Part shown: one piece after another, positions 24,898 to 38,450 of the stretch
Layout of the letters: each line of letters starts with the position of its first letter
How positions within the stretch are numbered: position 1 is the first letter of the stretch
DNA from: Squalus acanthias
Taxonomy: Eukaryota
Assembly: GCA_030390025.1 (NCBI GenBank)
Contig: CM059432.1
Location: 41,418,001-41,482,000, forward strand
DNA: 64,000 bases
Direction of reading: 5' to 3'
Made by a program: the position numbers and the translations under genes
Notes under the pieces: model-generated
Told to the model about the DNA's origin: nothing
Databases searched by the model: none
The model's input: the letters and a program-made list of their open reading frames with translations, nothing else

Positions 24898-25290
24898 GAA
24901 CCAGGTGGTGCAGTGGGTTGTCACATTATCCTTTCAGCTGTGGGGTCTGGGTTTAAATTAATGGGATGAAAGTTTCCTCTTTCTGCTGGCTTTAAGGGTC
25001 CTACGTAAAATGAAATTGGACAGTCTTAATTCAGCTGCTAGTGTGTCTGTAGCACAATTTAATACAAAATGGGAAATCACAGAGATAGTGGCCACAAGGA
25101 TAGCTAGTGTGGGCAATGGAAAAAAATCTAACTGCTGCATTAGGCATATTGTTAGGCAGAGTAAGAGAAGTGTTGCTCTGCATCAGACCTGTGCCATCCA
25201 TGAGACTTGGGGAGCTGTTCTACACTGGCACTGGGTGCCAAGTTGGAAGTAGTCAGATTCTTCTCCTTGATGAATACAAAACTCACAAAA
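24898..25290 (+). mobile_element. Old tRNA-headed SINE-like repeat; related fragment at ~45030-45170
   Basis: Degenerate A/B-box head (ggtggtgcagtgggtt...gggtttaaat); 3' part is similar to 45030-45170. Confidence 0.45.
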
Positions 25291-25800
25291 ATAGAAGTAT
25301 ATTCAAAAATAGGACTGAGCCCTTTTTACAATCCAAGTCTGTTGTGCTGCCATTGTATTGTTTTTGTACTTTTATACGAATCACACGATTCCAAGCTGTA
25401 ATATTTTTATACTCGGTCCATCGTCAATGCTAGGGATGATGAAAACTGCAATGAAATATTAAGTAACTAAGCCACTCTAATATAACATTTTTGTATGGTC
25501 TGGGTATTAAAAACAAATTAAAAAAATAAAGAAAAAGATTACAAGTTTTTTTGGAAAATTTATTTAAAAAGAAGCCTTTATGGGGTCTGATTTTATCTTT
25601 TTTCTGCTTGTGTAAACTTATGTTTTTGTATTTCCCTTGATGATTTTCTGTATACACCCAATTTGTTTCTAAATATGTTGACGTTTTAATTGTTTCATTG
25701 GGTCCCTAGCTCTGTGTGTATGTGTGTGAATGTGAAGAAAATTCAAAAACCAATTTAAAAGAAAAAAGGACTTTATTGATTTAATAAAGATAGAGCTAAT

Positions 25801-27591
25801 GGCCGCGATTTCGCCGACCGATGCGGGTCCAGGGCGGCCGGGGTCGGTGTCACGGTCCCAGCCCGCTGCCTACTGCAGCCCTCACTCTCCAAGCGATTTT
25901 TCGTTGATGGGGCTTGTTAAGCCCGCCCTGCAAGGTTCCCGGCCAATTATTAGGAAGTGGGTCTGATGACGTCATTTGATGACGCGTCGCCAGCCGGTTA
26001 CCTTAAAGGGGCCATGTCCAAATTGATCTTGACAGTTCAGCTGTCAGTATTCTACAGCATTGAGGTGAAGCAAATACTGACAAGCACTGCACAAAGGTGC
26101 ACGGCTGCACCCAGGCTCTCTCCATATGCACGCAGGGAGGTTCTCTTCTCTTCCCATGGGCGGAAGAGACCTCCCCAGGAGATCAACGCAGCCTGGTTGC
26201 ACATTGCACAGGAGAGCAGAAGCAGGGATGTCATCAGGAGGACCAGGCTGCTGTGGCACAAGCCTTTCAATGATTTGAGCTGATCACGAAACGTTACTGC
26301 CAAGCCACACTCAACCTCACCCTGCTGTGCCACTCATCACATCCACATCACTCTGCCTTCCCTACCCTACTCCTGCATATCTTCACTCACACCAACTTAC
26401 CTTGCACCTCCACCCATCCCTCTCTATCTACATTATCACTTCCCCATCTCACTAGCCACCCCTCACACTCACCCTCATCCTACTGCAAGCATACGAACTA
26501 ACAACACACAAGGGTAGGCACCTGGGTGGTTTAGTCAATGTTCATGTGAAATTTCTGTTAATGTATTGTCAAACATTGAAATCTACATTTTCAACACTTT
26601 ACCTTATTGGACAGATCTGTGCTCACCTTTGAAAGTGTCTTAGTGAGTTCCAGTGAATATTGAGACATAATCCCCGCCCCCCCCCCCCACCCCCCCCCCC
26701 CACCCCCCCCCCGCATTTGTGATGAGTGTGAAAGGAATGGCTTGGACATTGTAGGGATGCTTTATGGTGTTGGTGTGGGGTGGTGTCAACCTGGCGCATC
26801 ATGTGGCAGCCAAAGTGTGCAGCGTCAAGTGAAGTAAATCCGGCCATGGTGATGTCAACGCTGGCCTCCCGGGCAGCAATGTTGTCAGGGGCTGATGCCT
26901 TGTGTCCTGTGCAGCTTCAGGTGATTGCGGGGAAGGTTGGTATTGTTGTTGGTGATGTTGGTGTGCCTGGTGAGGTTGGTGCTGGGGCTTATCGTGGAGG
27001 GATTCAGAGGACCAAGGTGAGATTTTTTCAAGGGCACCGATGTTGCTGGAATAGATGGCAGCTGAAGTTGAGATGACAGAAGCGATCTGTCAATGGTGAG
27101 AGAGGTTGCTCCAAGGAGGTGACAGTGGATAGAGAGTTTACTCCAAAACCTTCCAAACTGCATAAAGCTCAAAAGTGTCTTCCAAGTCCTGAAGGCTCAA
27201 GCTTCTGACATTGGAAAGTGACCAGCCCTGAAATGGTAGCTTTCATACCACTTTTGCAGCTGTCACCTAATCTCAGCAATGGGGAGACATAGAGAACCCG
27301 ACCTACTTACCTGACGTGATGTCCGAACGACGTGAACCCCGTTAAAAAAGTGGGAAAATAGAAATAGGCTGGCAAAATGGTAGTTAACAAGCGTTTAACA
27401 AGCATTTAACTATCTTAAATGCCTCCCCCGCCGGTTGGTGTCGGGTCTAATCTGAAATTGCAGACCCGACACTTTGGAAACTTACATGGAGGTGGGTTCG
27501 GAGCGGGTTCCCAACCCGCTGTCAATCATTTCGATTTTGACAGCGGACCCGCCTCTGAACCCGCCCTCTGAGTGCCAGTAAAATCGCGGCC
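25801..27591 (+). mobile_element. Harbinger deletion derivative retaining a Myb-domain remnant
   Basis: TIR ggccgcgattt / aaatcgcggcc, TSD AAT; RREVLF...W..IAQE...KPFNDL remnant ~26100-26280. Confidence 0.88.
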
Positions 27592-27856
27592 AATCTGTGT
27601 GTAAAATTAAAAAGTAACTTTCAGCTCAACATGCACTATATGATTTCAGCTTGTTAACTGAGCTACTGGATGACAGACTGGTGAGGTTCAATATTGTCCT
27701 CTGCAAGACCACTGAGGTAATTATAATTGGGATGTGAAGTGGTTGTGTAGTGTAACTGGGATGAAGTATACTTAGAAGGTAATTTCACACCGCTTTCGCA
27801 TCACATCAGTTGCAGTATAACTAGCCTGATGAAAAGCCAAGTATAATAAGTTCCCA

Positions 27857-28220
27857 GGCGGGCTCCCTCAGTGGCTCCGTGAGTAGCTGCACAACACAGA
27901 CCCAGGTTCGATCTGCAATCCATGCTGATTTTAGCCAGGAGGTGGTAGAGGTGTGAGGATTAGCCTCAATGTCCCTAGATCAGGAGAGGGGAAATTCTTC
28001 CAGGTTCCCACTCCTGATCATTGTGTGTGGCTGTCAGGTAAGGGCATGATTGAGTGAGGCTGCAATGTTCCCCATGGTTGAATAGCATGTTGATACTCAC
28101 TGTAAAGGCTCACAGACAAATAATGACAGAGTACTGGAAGGCAACTGCCTGTGGAATTGCAACCCAGCAACAGTCAGCATCTTGAGGAGAGGAGAGAGGG
28201 AAGGTGCGGGACAATTGGTG
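27857..28220 (+). mobile_element. LF-SINE-like copy, near full length
   Basis: tRNA-like head (ccaggttcgatc), body ending gtcagcatcttgaggagaggag; colinear with 22190-22560. Confidence 0.7.
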
Positions 28221-29275
28221 ACAAAAATATAAATAAAAATTCCCTAGGATGTCACTCGACCACTTAAAATAAGGAACTAGCGCATGGTAAAATATTTGTG
28301 TGCATGTCTTTCATAGAGATACTAATAAACTGCACGGAGGCTGCAAGTTGGAACTTGAATGTTTACTTCATATTTTTTCTCCATCCTACAATTGCTTTAA
28401 ACCTTAGTTATGCATTTATATGAAAGTTACACTTCATCCCAGTTACACTACACAGCCACTTATCATTAGTTATGCATTTATATGAAAGAAGTAAAACACC
28501 TTTGTAACAAATAGCTATGATGCAATGATTGCAAACACTCTTAAACCAATATAATCAATATGATGGATGCCAGGGCCACTGGAAGGTCGTGGTGAATTTT
28601 TATTGTGGAATCATGAAAACTGCACTCCCATGTGAAAATCATCCTGCTCTATCTCCAACTCTCCCTTACTGTCACTCCCAGGTCCTACCTCCGGTTGCTT
28701 CAGGACCTGAACACTGCTGCACACTGTGGATGGAAATTATTGCAAGATAAGAAATTCCTGCCCACAGTGAACAGCAGCGATTGACCCCTTGGAGCAGCAC
28801 CTGCAGCCAATGGGAGGTGAGGCAAATCAGGAAGGAAATGCTACAGTGATGGGCAGGGAGGGGATGAGGGGGCGAAGAGTGCTAGAGTGGACTGGTGGGG
28901 GAGGTGGGGGGCAAGATAAAGAAAAATGGCTCAATGAACTGGGAAGGGAGGGGAATTAATGAACAGTTTTAGAATTAAGTGAAACAATTTTAATACAATT
29001 TAACAATCAGATTTAGCAACAGAGAGTTCCATATGTATACCGATAGCCCACGATTTCCCAGCAAGAACGAAAGAAAGTCCCCACAGTTTTTGCCACCATA
29101 TTCTACAATTTTCAGACCCTAAACATTGCATACAAGCCACTGAATTTGGCTGCTATAACAAGTATTGAAAGGCTGTACAAACATCATGGCCGCATACATG
29201 GGAATAAATGTCTTTAGTAAAAGTTAAATATTGGTTTTGTGAAAAAGCATTCTGTGTCAAGGGGAGAGAGACCTT

Positions 29276-30090
29276 GGCCTGAATTTTTATAGTTTGGTGG
29301 GTTGGGAGCGGGGGGACTCGGAGCGTTTGGGAAACCCGGGAGAATGGGTTTCCCACAGGCCCAGCCGAATTTAAGGGCAGGGTCTGATGTGCATTGGAAA
29401 CCTCAGTTTCCAACACACAGCCAGCCAGATTGAGAGTCTGGCTGGCTGCAGGTGGGTAGGCCTGCGCACTAAGCCACAGAGAGGAAGGAGGGTTCGCATG
29501 GGGGCGGTGGGGTGGTCGGTGGGGGGCCGGAGGAGCGGTGGGGAGGGGGAGTTCGGGACCGATCGGAGGGCTGGAGAAGCGGGGGTGGGGTGTCGGAGCA
29601 TCATCAGAGGGCCAGGAGGAGCACAGAGGGGGAGGCTAGGTGGGGGTGGGAAGGAGGAGGAGGAGGGTGGGGAAGGCAAATGACATCGGCGGGCCGGAGG
29701 CACATGGGGGCGGTGGCCTTGTGGGAGGGATCAGAGGCCTGGGGGGTATTGGAGGCTTGGTGGGGGGATCGGAGGCCCGAGGGGATTGGAAGCCTGGATG
29801 GGGGTGGGGGGGGGGGGGAATCGGAGGCCTCGTGGAGGGGGTCTCTGATCGTGGGGCTTGGGTGAGGCAGGAACGCTGGATCCAGGAGGTAAGTGTAAAG
29901 GCAGCCTCATTATAATATTTAAATGAATGACTCGCCTCCTGGGAGCGGGTTGGCTGCCCGCCCCCATCCCACCTCCGTTAAAACCGAAGTGGACAGATTG
30001 GAGGCGGGTTCTGGTTGGTATTCAGATTTTTAACACTTTAACTTCCCACACAACCCCAACCCATCTGGATTTTGGGTTAAAATTACCCCC
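29276..30090. mobile_element. Harbinger-type MITE with G-rich centre (related to 43312-44115)
   Basis: TIR ggcctgaatttt / aaaattaccccc; flanks ctt/ctg; shared ctggatccaggaggta...gcctcatta..atatttaaat core. Confidence 0.75.
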
Positions 30091-30773
30091 CTGCCCTTGT
30101 GTAACCCAGCTTAGTGATATCATTGTTGACAAAATCACACTCCACTTACTCAGAAAATGCTTGTTTCCAGTACAGAGGATTACTTGTCAGCACAGAAAAA
30201 GATTGAATTCTGTTTAATAATATTAGACTTTTATTTTGTAGCATTGCCGAGGAATCATATTCCTCCCACACTCCCTGACACAGAATGGTGGCTTCTGCAA
30301 CTCCAAGAATAGCAGTACCCTGGTTTTAACTACTTTCTTCAATCTGTTTTGGCATTAAGCTTTACACTAGTGGACTAATCAGCTGCACAGTGAGTCAGCT
30401 CTTCCTTTCAATCTACTTTTCCCCGCTGAGTATCCTCATATTACAGTGTTTACTTTGTGTCATTGAGTAACCATCATTCAGGAACAGCTTCCCAGGTGCT
30501 GCTATTGACTAACTATGAGTGTGCAGGGAAAAAATGAACAGGAAAATAAAGTACCAACAGGATCTATGACTGGATCTGAGTCACACAACAAATAAAAGGT
30601 CGAAACCACCTTATGGCTATATTTATACCGACTGTTACTTCTGCCATTGTGGAAAGCACCTCATTTACATTATATGTTTCGACATCAGTTGGGTCTGTTT
30701 GAAAACACACAGCCTCGAAAATCTGCAGTCTACAGTGCACTCCCACCGTAACTCTGACAGGACTGTGCCAGAA

Positions 30774-31212
30774 GGGCTGGAAATTAGGCCACAACCTGGG
30801 TAGGCTGTGTTCCAGTCTTATGCTGGGCTACTGTGGGGCCTTGTAAGAGGCCTGGACCAACCCCTCAAAAAAGCCAGCAGCACGGGATGGGGTGAGAACT
30901 CCCAAAGCCAGGCACTCTCGGCCTCCCATTAGCTATTTGCAGCAATACACCAGGTGAGACAAAGTTTGAAAGTTACTGCTTTTTAGCTGTGGTGCCTACC
31001 TGGCCTGCATCATGGTCTAGACTCCCAAAAAGTAGAGACAATCTTTTTCCCATCGCAGCTCCTTTACCCCCCCCCCGAAGTATCCCTAGGGTGCCCACCA
31101 TTGATGTGGAAATTAAGGGACTTCCCCCTAACCCAACCAAATTTGGCAGGGTCAGCAGTGGAGGTGCTTATGCTCAGATTCACCCCTTCCCTCCTCTGCT
31201 AATTTTCAGCTC
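30774..31212. mobile_element. Older Harbinger-type MITE
   Basis: TIR-like gggctggaaattag / ctaattttcagctc; no TSD preserved. Confidence 0.5.
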
Positions 31213-31889
31213 CATGATTTAAAGATGCAAACAGGGATTATTTTGGTTGAGCCGGTATCTTCCTCAGTGCTTGGGAAAGTTCCATACAGACCAATAATAG
31301 CAAAACCACTTTGCTGGCTTGTATGGAGGCAGGTGTCAGTATCACTGTTGAAAACATCTCATTGACATTATATATTTCTACATCAATTGGGTCTGTTGTG
31401 GCTAGCGCCACCTCTAATTGGGAACCACTTTGGATTTTGCTGCCAAAGAAGACAGCTCTGCCATCAGAGACGGGAGTCAGAAGCACCATTTTTTGATGAT
31501 GTGTGTTACCTTCAATGGCAGCAGTGCGACTTTTTTTCTATTCACAGATTGAGATGTGGTGGTGGCAACATATGAATGGACCATCAGTTAATATTGATCA
31601 AATGTATTACAAATATATTACTGAGTGAGGTGGAATTTGAGGATCTTGGGCTGACTGCAGGGGGACATTGCTGTACTCATTCCTTATGCAGCTTCCCTTT
31701 CACCACTGCTGAAGAGGCACAAGACCAGAGTCTGAAAGTGAATAACCGAAAGAGGTAAGATGAAGAGTAAATTTGTGTTATTTAAGTAATATATCTGGAA
31801 ATCATATAAGATTCACTCTAAATACATGGTAAAGCAGTACTCTTCTTTAATAAAAAGAGAAAATGCTGGAAATACTCAGCAGGGCAGGC

Positions 31890-32335
31890 AGAAAGAAAGA
31901 AAGACTTGTACTTATAGAGCACCTTTCCCAACCTCAGGACGCTCCAAAGCGCTTGACAGCCAATAAAGTACTTTAGAAGTGTTGTCACTGTTGTAATGTA
32001 GGCAACACGGCAGCCAATGTGTGCACAGCAAGCTCCCATGAACAGCAATGTGATAATGACCTGTTTTTGTTATGTTGATTGAGGGATAAATATTGAGCAG
32101 GACTCCAGGAATAACGCTCCCGCTCTTCTTCAAAATAGTGCCTGGAGACCTTCTACATGTACCTGAGAGGGCAGACTCGGTTTAACATCTCATCCAAAAG
32201 ACGGCACCTCTGACAGTGCAGCATTCCCTCATCAGTTCACTGGAGTGTCAGCCTAGATTTTTGTGCTCAAGTCAGACTTAGAACCCACAACCTTCTGACT
32301 CAGAGGTGAGAGTGCTGCCCACTGAGCCACGGCTC
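31890..32335 (-). mobile_element. Deu-domain SINE (SacSINE1/AmnSINE1-like)
   Basis: Reverse complement of 61530-61980; tRNA-like head, central ...gggagcttgctgtgc...ttggctgcc, L2-like tail with (tttc)n. Confidence 0.85.
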
Positions 32336-32724
32336 ACACTGCAGCATCGTTGGGTCAACAGGTGAGTACCCAGCGCATACTCACCCGTGGAGACCCGAAT
32401 TTCTGGCCCATTTAATAAGTTTTATCTCAAAACAGAAACTGTTGGAAATGTACAGCGAGTTCCTCAGCTTCAGAAAACAGGTTAATGTTTCAGATGGATA
32501 TCTTTTGTCAGAACAAACTTAAATTTTATTCTAGTTTAATAAATCAAAAGTCTGCTGTTGATGCAATGAAATTTAACTCATTTTTAATTTTAAAAAGTCT
32601 TGTGATGATAGAAAGCCAAATTAAACCTTATTAATGTGCCTTTATTTCTGATAATAATCAATATAGGCCTACAATGGCCCAAAAAATGGATAATATATTT
32701 TAAAAGAAGTGCTCAAAAGATAAA

Positions 32725-33449
32725 GGGGGGGAAATTTCCCTCGTTTGCGCCTCTGGTGGATTTTTGCCCCCCAACCCCCCCCCGAGGCGATAACCGCGCC
32801 TCCCCCGAAATTCCGCGGGAAGTTAGCGGCGGTGCAACCGGGTATCGCCCCGATCTTCTGCGCCTGGAGATCATGATGTAATCTCCGGGCGCAGTGCCCC
32901 GGTAGCGCCTCAGGATAAAAATTCCCCTTTGCGCCCCGCAGCAGCGCTGGGCGATGTTACCGAATGCTGCAGTGGTCGCAAACAATGAGGCCAGCCGCTC
33001 ACGGGCCGCAACTTAAAGGCATGGTGGGCGGCCAGCCAAAAAAAAAGCTGATTTTTAAAAACATTTATTTTCGGCCACCGGTCGCGGTGTCCGTGCCGCG
33101 ATCGCTCAGCCCGGCACTCCCGCTCCCCGGTGGCCCAGAAATCTACAATGAAACCTCAAGAGCTCGCAGCGTGGGGCCCATCCCTTTAATGCAGGAAAGA
33201 GGCCCTGCACCGCGGCAGTGCCACATGTGGCCACATGTGGCGCTGCTGAGCACATCGCCCCAGATCGGGACATTCCCTGTCTCTTGCGCTCCAAGAGGCA
33301 AGTGGAGTGTTTGATTTAGCGCTTCACTTCCCTCTTGGAGCAAAAAGAGGGAATTTAACAAATGTTTGAAAAGGTTAGTATCTGGCGCTAACTTTCCAAA
33401 CATTTTTCACTTAGCACCCCAAATGGCCCTCGAGAGGAATTTCTCCCCC
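32725..33449. mobile_element. Harbinger-type MITE (TAGCGC family)
   Basis: TIR gggggggaaattt / gaatttctccccc; flanks aaa/aga; resembles 1812-2568 in reverse orientation. Confidence 0.8.
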
Positions 33450-33974
33450 AGAGTCTTTTAGTGCAAAAGTGTATAATTGCTATTAATTATTTTTCTTTAT
33501 TCCACTAGAATTTTCAAAAGTACTGTTTTCATTATTCTTGTGTCATCATATTCTTGTAGTCCAGTATTAAAGGATAAAAATTATTTTCTAAAGAATACAG
33601 GGACTAGGAGACCAACCAGCAAAAAATGCTCTATATGACACTGCAGTGCTCCGGTAATCTGTTGGATAAATACACAACAACCTAGCTGACGTTGGCCTCA
33701 GTTGCCTGTTCCATTTCAGGATGTGGAATTGTTTTAATCCTTAAGAAGGCAGCTGTGCATCATATTTGTGGGGTCATTTTCAGGACTGTGAGCTTAATCA
33801 GTTTGCAGTTAGCAGTAATTGTTTACAGTGGCACCACAAGTAGGGAATTTGATATCTGGTCATCTTTTCCTGTTGGTTGGCCTAGGCTTGAATAATGAGT
33901 GGTTGACAATAAGCAGATCCTGTATATAAAATTTGATATATAAAAAATTAATGTGGTCTTACCTAACTAAGATT

Positions 33975-36243
33975 GAGACCATCCGTTCAGCTGCCACTTC
34001 CCTTCCTTCCCCTAGATGACCGGGCCACACTTCCTCTAAGGTTCCCCCCTGCCCTAGCTCTGAACTCACATCTTTCTCCAGTTTCTCTCCGATCTCCCCT
34101 CATGACCTCTCTGTGCTCATCTTGTCCATGAGACCCACTTCCTGCTCCCTCGACCCTATTCCCACCAAACTGTTGACAACCCAACTTCCTTTTCTGGCTG
34201 ACATTGTTAACAGTTCTCTCTCCTCAGGTATTGTCTCAATCTCCCTCAAATCTGCCGTCATCACCCATTGAACATGTCACCTCCCAAATCCATGCTCATC
34301 TTTCCCGCAACTCCATGTTTGAATCCCTCCAATCAGGTTTCCGCCCTTGCCACAGTACTGAAACAGCTCTCCTCAAAGTCACAAATGACATCCTTTGTGA
34401 CTGCGACAAAGGTAAACTATCCCTTCTCGTCCTTCTTGACTTGTCTACAGCCTTTGACACGGTTGACCACTCCATCCTTCTCCAACGCTTCTCCACCGTC
34501 GTTCAGCTGGGTGGGACTGCACTCGCCTGGTTCCATTCTTATCTATCTAATCGTAGCCAGAGAATCACCTGCAACGGCTTCTCTTCCCGCTCCCACATCG
34601 TTACCTCTGGTGTCCCCCAAGGATCTATCCTTGGCCCCCCTCCTATTTCACATTGAAGTGGGACATTGGCGTCCTTCAGGAATTAAGGGGTTAACAATGC
34701 AGCTTGCACACTAGAAACGGTTGAGACAGAGACCGGTGGAGATAGCTCAGACATGCTGACCACAAGGTCTCGATGCTTTTCAGGATTAGATGAAATTAGC
34801 TCAGAAGCACCATCTATGATTAACCACAAACTATGGAACCTAGAGATAAGTAAAACCACATGGGGCACAGCGAGACAGAAATGCAGACATGTGGTTTTAC
34901 TAAAGGTTACAAAATATAACAACAGGTGAGATCATAAAGCTCATGTGACACAAATTAGAATAAAAATATAGGCGAACAGTTATGTGACGCGAGATAGGGA
35001 ATTAGCCAATCAGCAACTCTGCACGTGGGCTTTAAGCCAATTAAAACTGTGTAACGGGATCATGTATGAGGCTGAGCTTGTATGATTAAGTGTATAAAAG
35101 ATTGCTTAAAATTTGTAACAGCGGAGAAGTCTCCTGGTGCTCCAGTAGAGATTGTCTCCCCACCGGTGTAATAAAGACTATTTGAATAACGATCTAAAAC
35201 CTTGTGTCGAGTGTTGGTTTAAAATACTCCACAACAACATCTACATGTTGCCCCTTGGCGACATCATCCGAAAACACAGTGTCAGTTTCGACATGTACGC
35301 TGACGACACCCAGCTCTACCTCACCACCACTTCTCTCGACCCCTCCAGGGTCGCTAAATTGTCAGACTGCTTGTCCGACATCCAGTTCTGGATGAGCAGA
35401 AATTTTCTCCAATTAAATATTGGGACGACCGAAGCCATTGTTTTCAGTCCCCACCACAAACTCCGTTCCCTAGCCACCGACTCCAGCCCTCTCCCTAACA
35501 TCTGTCTGAGGCTGAACGACACTGTTCACAACCTTGGTGCCATATTTGACCCTGAAATGAGCTTCCGACCACATATCTGCAGCATAACCAAGATCGCCTC
35601 TTTCCACCTCCGTAACATCGCCCGTCTCCGCCCTTGCCTCACCTAATCCGCTGCTGAAACCCTCATCCATGCCTTTGTTACCTCTAAACTTGACTATTCC
35701 AACGCACTTCTGGCTGGCCTCCCACATTCTACCCTATGAAAACTTGAGGTGATCCAAAACTCCAACTCCCGTTCACCCATTATCCCTGCGCTCGCTGACC
35801 TACATTGGCTCCCGGTTAAGCAATACCTTGATTTCAAAATTCTCATCCTTGTTTTCAAATCTCTCCATGGCCTTGCCCCTCCCTATCTCTGTAATCTCCT
35901 TCAGCCCCACAACCCCCTGAGATATTTGCGCTCCTCTAATTCTGCCCTCTTGAGCATCCCTGATTATAATCGCTCAACCATTGGTGGCTGTGCCTTCTGT
36001 TGCCTAGACCCTAAACTCTGGAATGCCCTGCCTAAACCTCTCTGCCTCTCTACCTCTCTTTCCTCCTTTAAGACGCTCCTTAAAGCCTACCTCTTTGACA
36101 AAACTTTTGGTCACCTGCCCTAAAATTTCTCCTTATGTGGCTCGGTGTCAAATTTTTTGTCTTATATTACTCCTGTGAAGCACCGTGGGACTTTTTTACT
36201 GTTAAAGGCGCTATATAAATACAAGTTGCTTTTGTTGTTGTTG
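33975..36243 (+). mobile_element. L2 LINE, 5'-truncated, RT region and 3' tail
   Basis: QSGFRPCHSTETAL, LLDLSTAFDTVDH, GVPQGSILGP, YADDTQLY, LHWLPV, FKTLLKAYLF; (ttg)n tail. Confidence 0.93.
34654..35236 (+). mobile_element. Solo LTR, 583 bp, inserted in the L2 RT
   Basis: TG...CA ends, 4-bp TSD ACAT, two CCAAT boxes (~35006, ~35037), TATAAAA ~35093, AATAAA ~35170; L2 sequence is continuous across it. Confidence 0.88.
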
Positions 36244-36754
36244 ACTATTCATATGTGTTACTTTCTGGTGCATGATTCAAATGGAAGTTCAGGTACTCGA
36301 ATCAATGAGACCTGCACTAAATTTGAACCATATTAATCTCACAGTTATGCTCACACTATGATTTTGCCTGTGGAATAAATGTAATGCATGTAGGAATTCC
36401 CTGCAACCTGACAATTTTGTCATTCAGTGCCACATTAGGTAATCACAGATCAAATATACAATACCTAGCTGCAGATCAAAGCTGTCTTCATTGTGCTCCA
36501 ACAATGTTCCTTTGTCCCAGCCTCAGGAGATCTCCCTGAGTGAAAATACCAATTTTCCGCCAAATTAGTTTGTGATCTGGGCCCACCAGGCACTGGATTG
36601 AGACTGCTTACATTTCACATAAGACCTGATGGTCAGCAGACAGGGGAGTTTTTCATTCAGTCTCATAGCTTGGCTGTTGTATGAAGCTATGCTATTTTTT
36701 TTAGAAACAAATATCTCAAAATGAGTAGCTCTAAGGATTCACATTCAGCTTCTT

Positions 36755-38450
36755 AGAATCATAGGAACAGGAGTAGGCTATTCAGCCCCTCGAACCTGTT
36801 CCACCATTCTATTAGATTACGGCTGATCTGTACCTCAACTCCATTTACCCGCCTTTGCTCTTGATACCTTTTCCTAATAAAAATCTGCCTATCTCAGTCG
36901 TGAAAATTTCAATTGACCCAGCATCCACAGCCTTTTGGGGAGAGAGTTCCAGATTTCTACTACCCTTTGTATGAAAAAATGCATCCTGATTTCACTCCTA
37001 AATAGCCTAGCTCTAATTTTAAGAGTAAGGGGGAGAAATTCGGTATCGCCCCGTTTGGGGCGCAATTATCGGCCAGGCGCAAAGTTCAGCGCCTGGCGCT
37101 AATTATCGACTCCGACTGCAAACTTGGCTTCTATCGCCCCTGGAGGTGATTGGAGCGCTAAATCAGGCGCTACACACACCTCTCTTAAGGCGCTAACGCT
37201 GAGGAGCGAGGCGCTACCTCAGAGCGCTGTCAAAGCTCATGTGATGCCAGTCAGCAATGGAACATAGACACACTGGCGCCAGCCAGTTCTCAAAGGGAAG
37301 GGTCGATCTTGCTCTCCATCCACATCCTACTCATTGCAGCCTTGAATCTCGGCTTGGAGAGACCTGTACATCAAATCTGCTGGAAAGAACAATAGAGAGG
37401 CCCAGGGAAAGAGGTCAGAGTGCAGCCCCCATAGTCTCTTCTAAATCAATGCAAGGAAGGTCAAATCAAAATGAACCTGCAAAGTGCTGCTCAGTACCCA
37501 AAACTCCTTCACACAGCGTTGAATCTCTCCAGAAGTCTCTCTCTCTCTCTCAGAATGCGTGGTGCAAAAATGTCACCGACAAAAAAAGGCAGGAAGCGGT
37601 TGCCTTTAAATAGCGCTCCCCCAGTCCCTTCCCGACTGCAAAATGCTCCCCTCAACCTGTCGTTGTTAGCGGCAGGCGGTAAGGCAGGGGGCGCCACTCA
37701 ATATCCGGTCCGGGGCGCTACCGGGGCGTTGCACGCTCGACTGATGTCACGATCTGCGGGCGCAGGAGATCGTGATGGTAGTGTTTAGCGTCGCCGCAAA
37801 ATGTCTGTTCAATTTCGCGAGCGGCGCAAACATCGCCACGCCCCGGGCGCTAGTTGCTTTGCGCCCCGTTAGCGCCCTTAGGGAGGCGCAAAGCAACCGA
37901 ATTTTTCCCCCTAAGTCCCTTGATCTAGATTCTCCCACCAAAGGAAATAATTTCTCCGTATCTATGCAATCGAATCCTTTGTCATTTTAAAGACCTTGAT
38001 TAGGTCACCCCTCAACCTTCTAAACTCAAGAGAATACAAGCCAAATTTATACAAACTGGCTACATAATTTAACCCTTTAAGCGCCGGTATCATTCTGGTG
38101 AATCTGTGCAGTACCTCCTCTAAGGCCAATATATCCTTCCTGAGGTGTGGTGCCCAAAATTGAATGCAATACTCCAGATAGGGTCTGACCAAGACTTTAT
38201 GCAACTGAAGCATAACTTCCTCAGTTTTGAATTCAAACCCCTTTAATATACAGGCCAACATTCCATTAGCCTTTTTGCTTATTTTTTGTACCTGAGCACT
38301 AGCTTTTAGTGGTCTTTGCATATGGACACCCAAATCCCTTTGCTCCTCCACAGTTCCTAATCTCTTGCCATTAAGAAAGTATTTCGACTCCTCTTCCTTG
38401 GATCCAAAGTGGATAACCTGACACTTCCCCACATTGAATTCCATCTGTCA
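36755..38450 (-). mobile_element. CR1 LINE 3' part interrupted by a MITE
   Basis: ORF 37962-38444 with LVRPYLEYCIQFWAP and YSLEFRRLRGDLI; CR1 3'UTR. Confidence 0.9.
37029..37911. mobile_element. Harbinger deletion-derivative MITE
   Basis: TIR gggggagaaattcgg / ccgaatttttccccc, TSD TAA; minus strand keeps an ATGGGGGCTGCA start like the transposase start at 7556. Confidence 0.9.
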
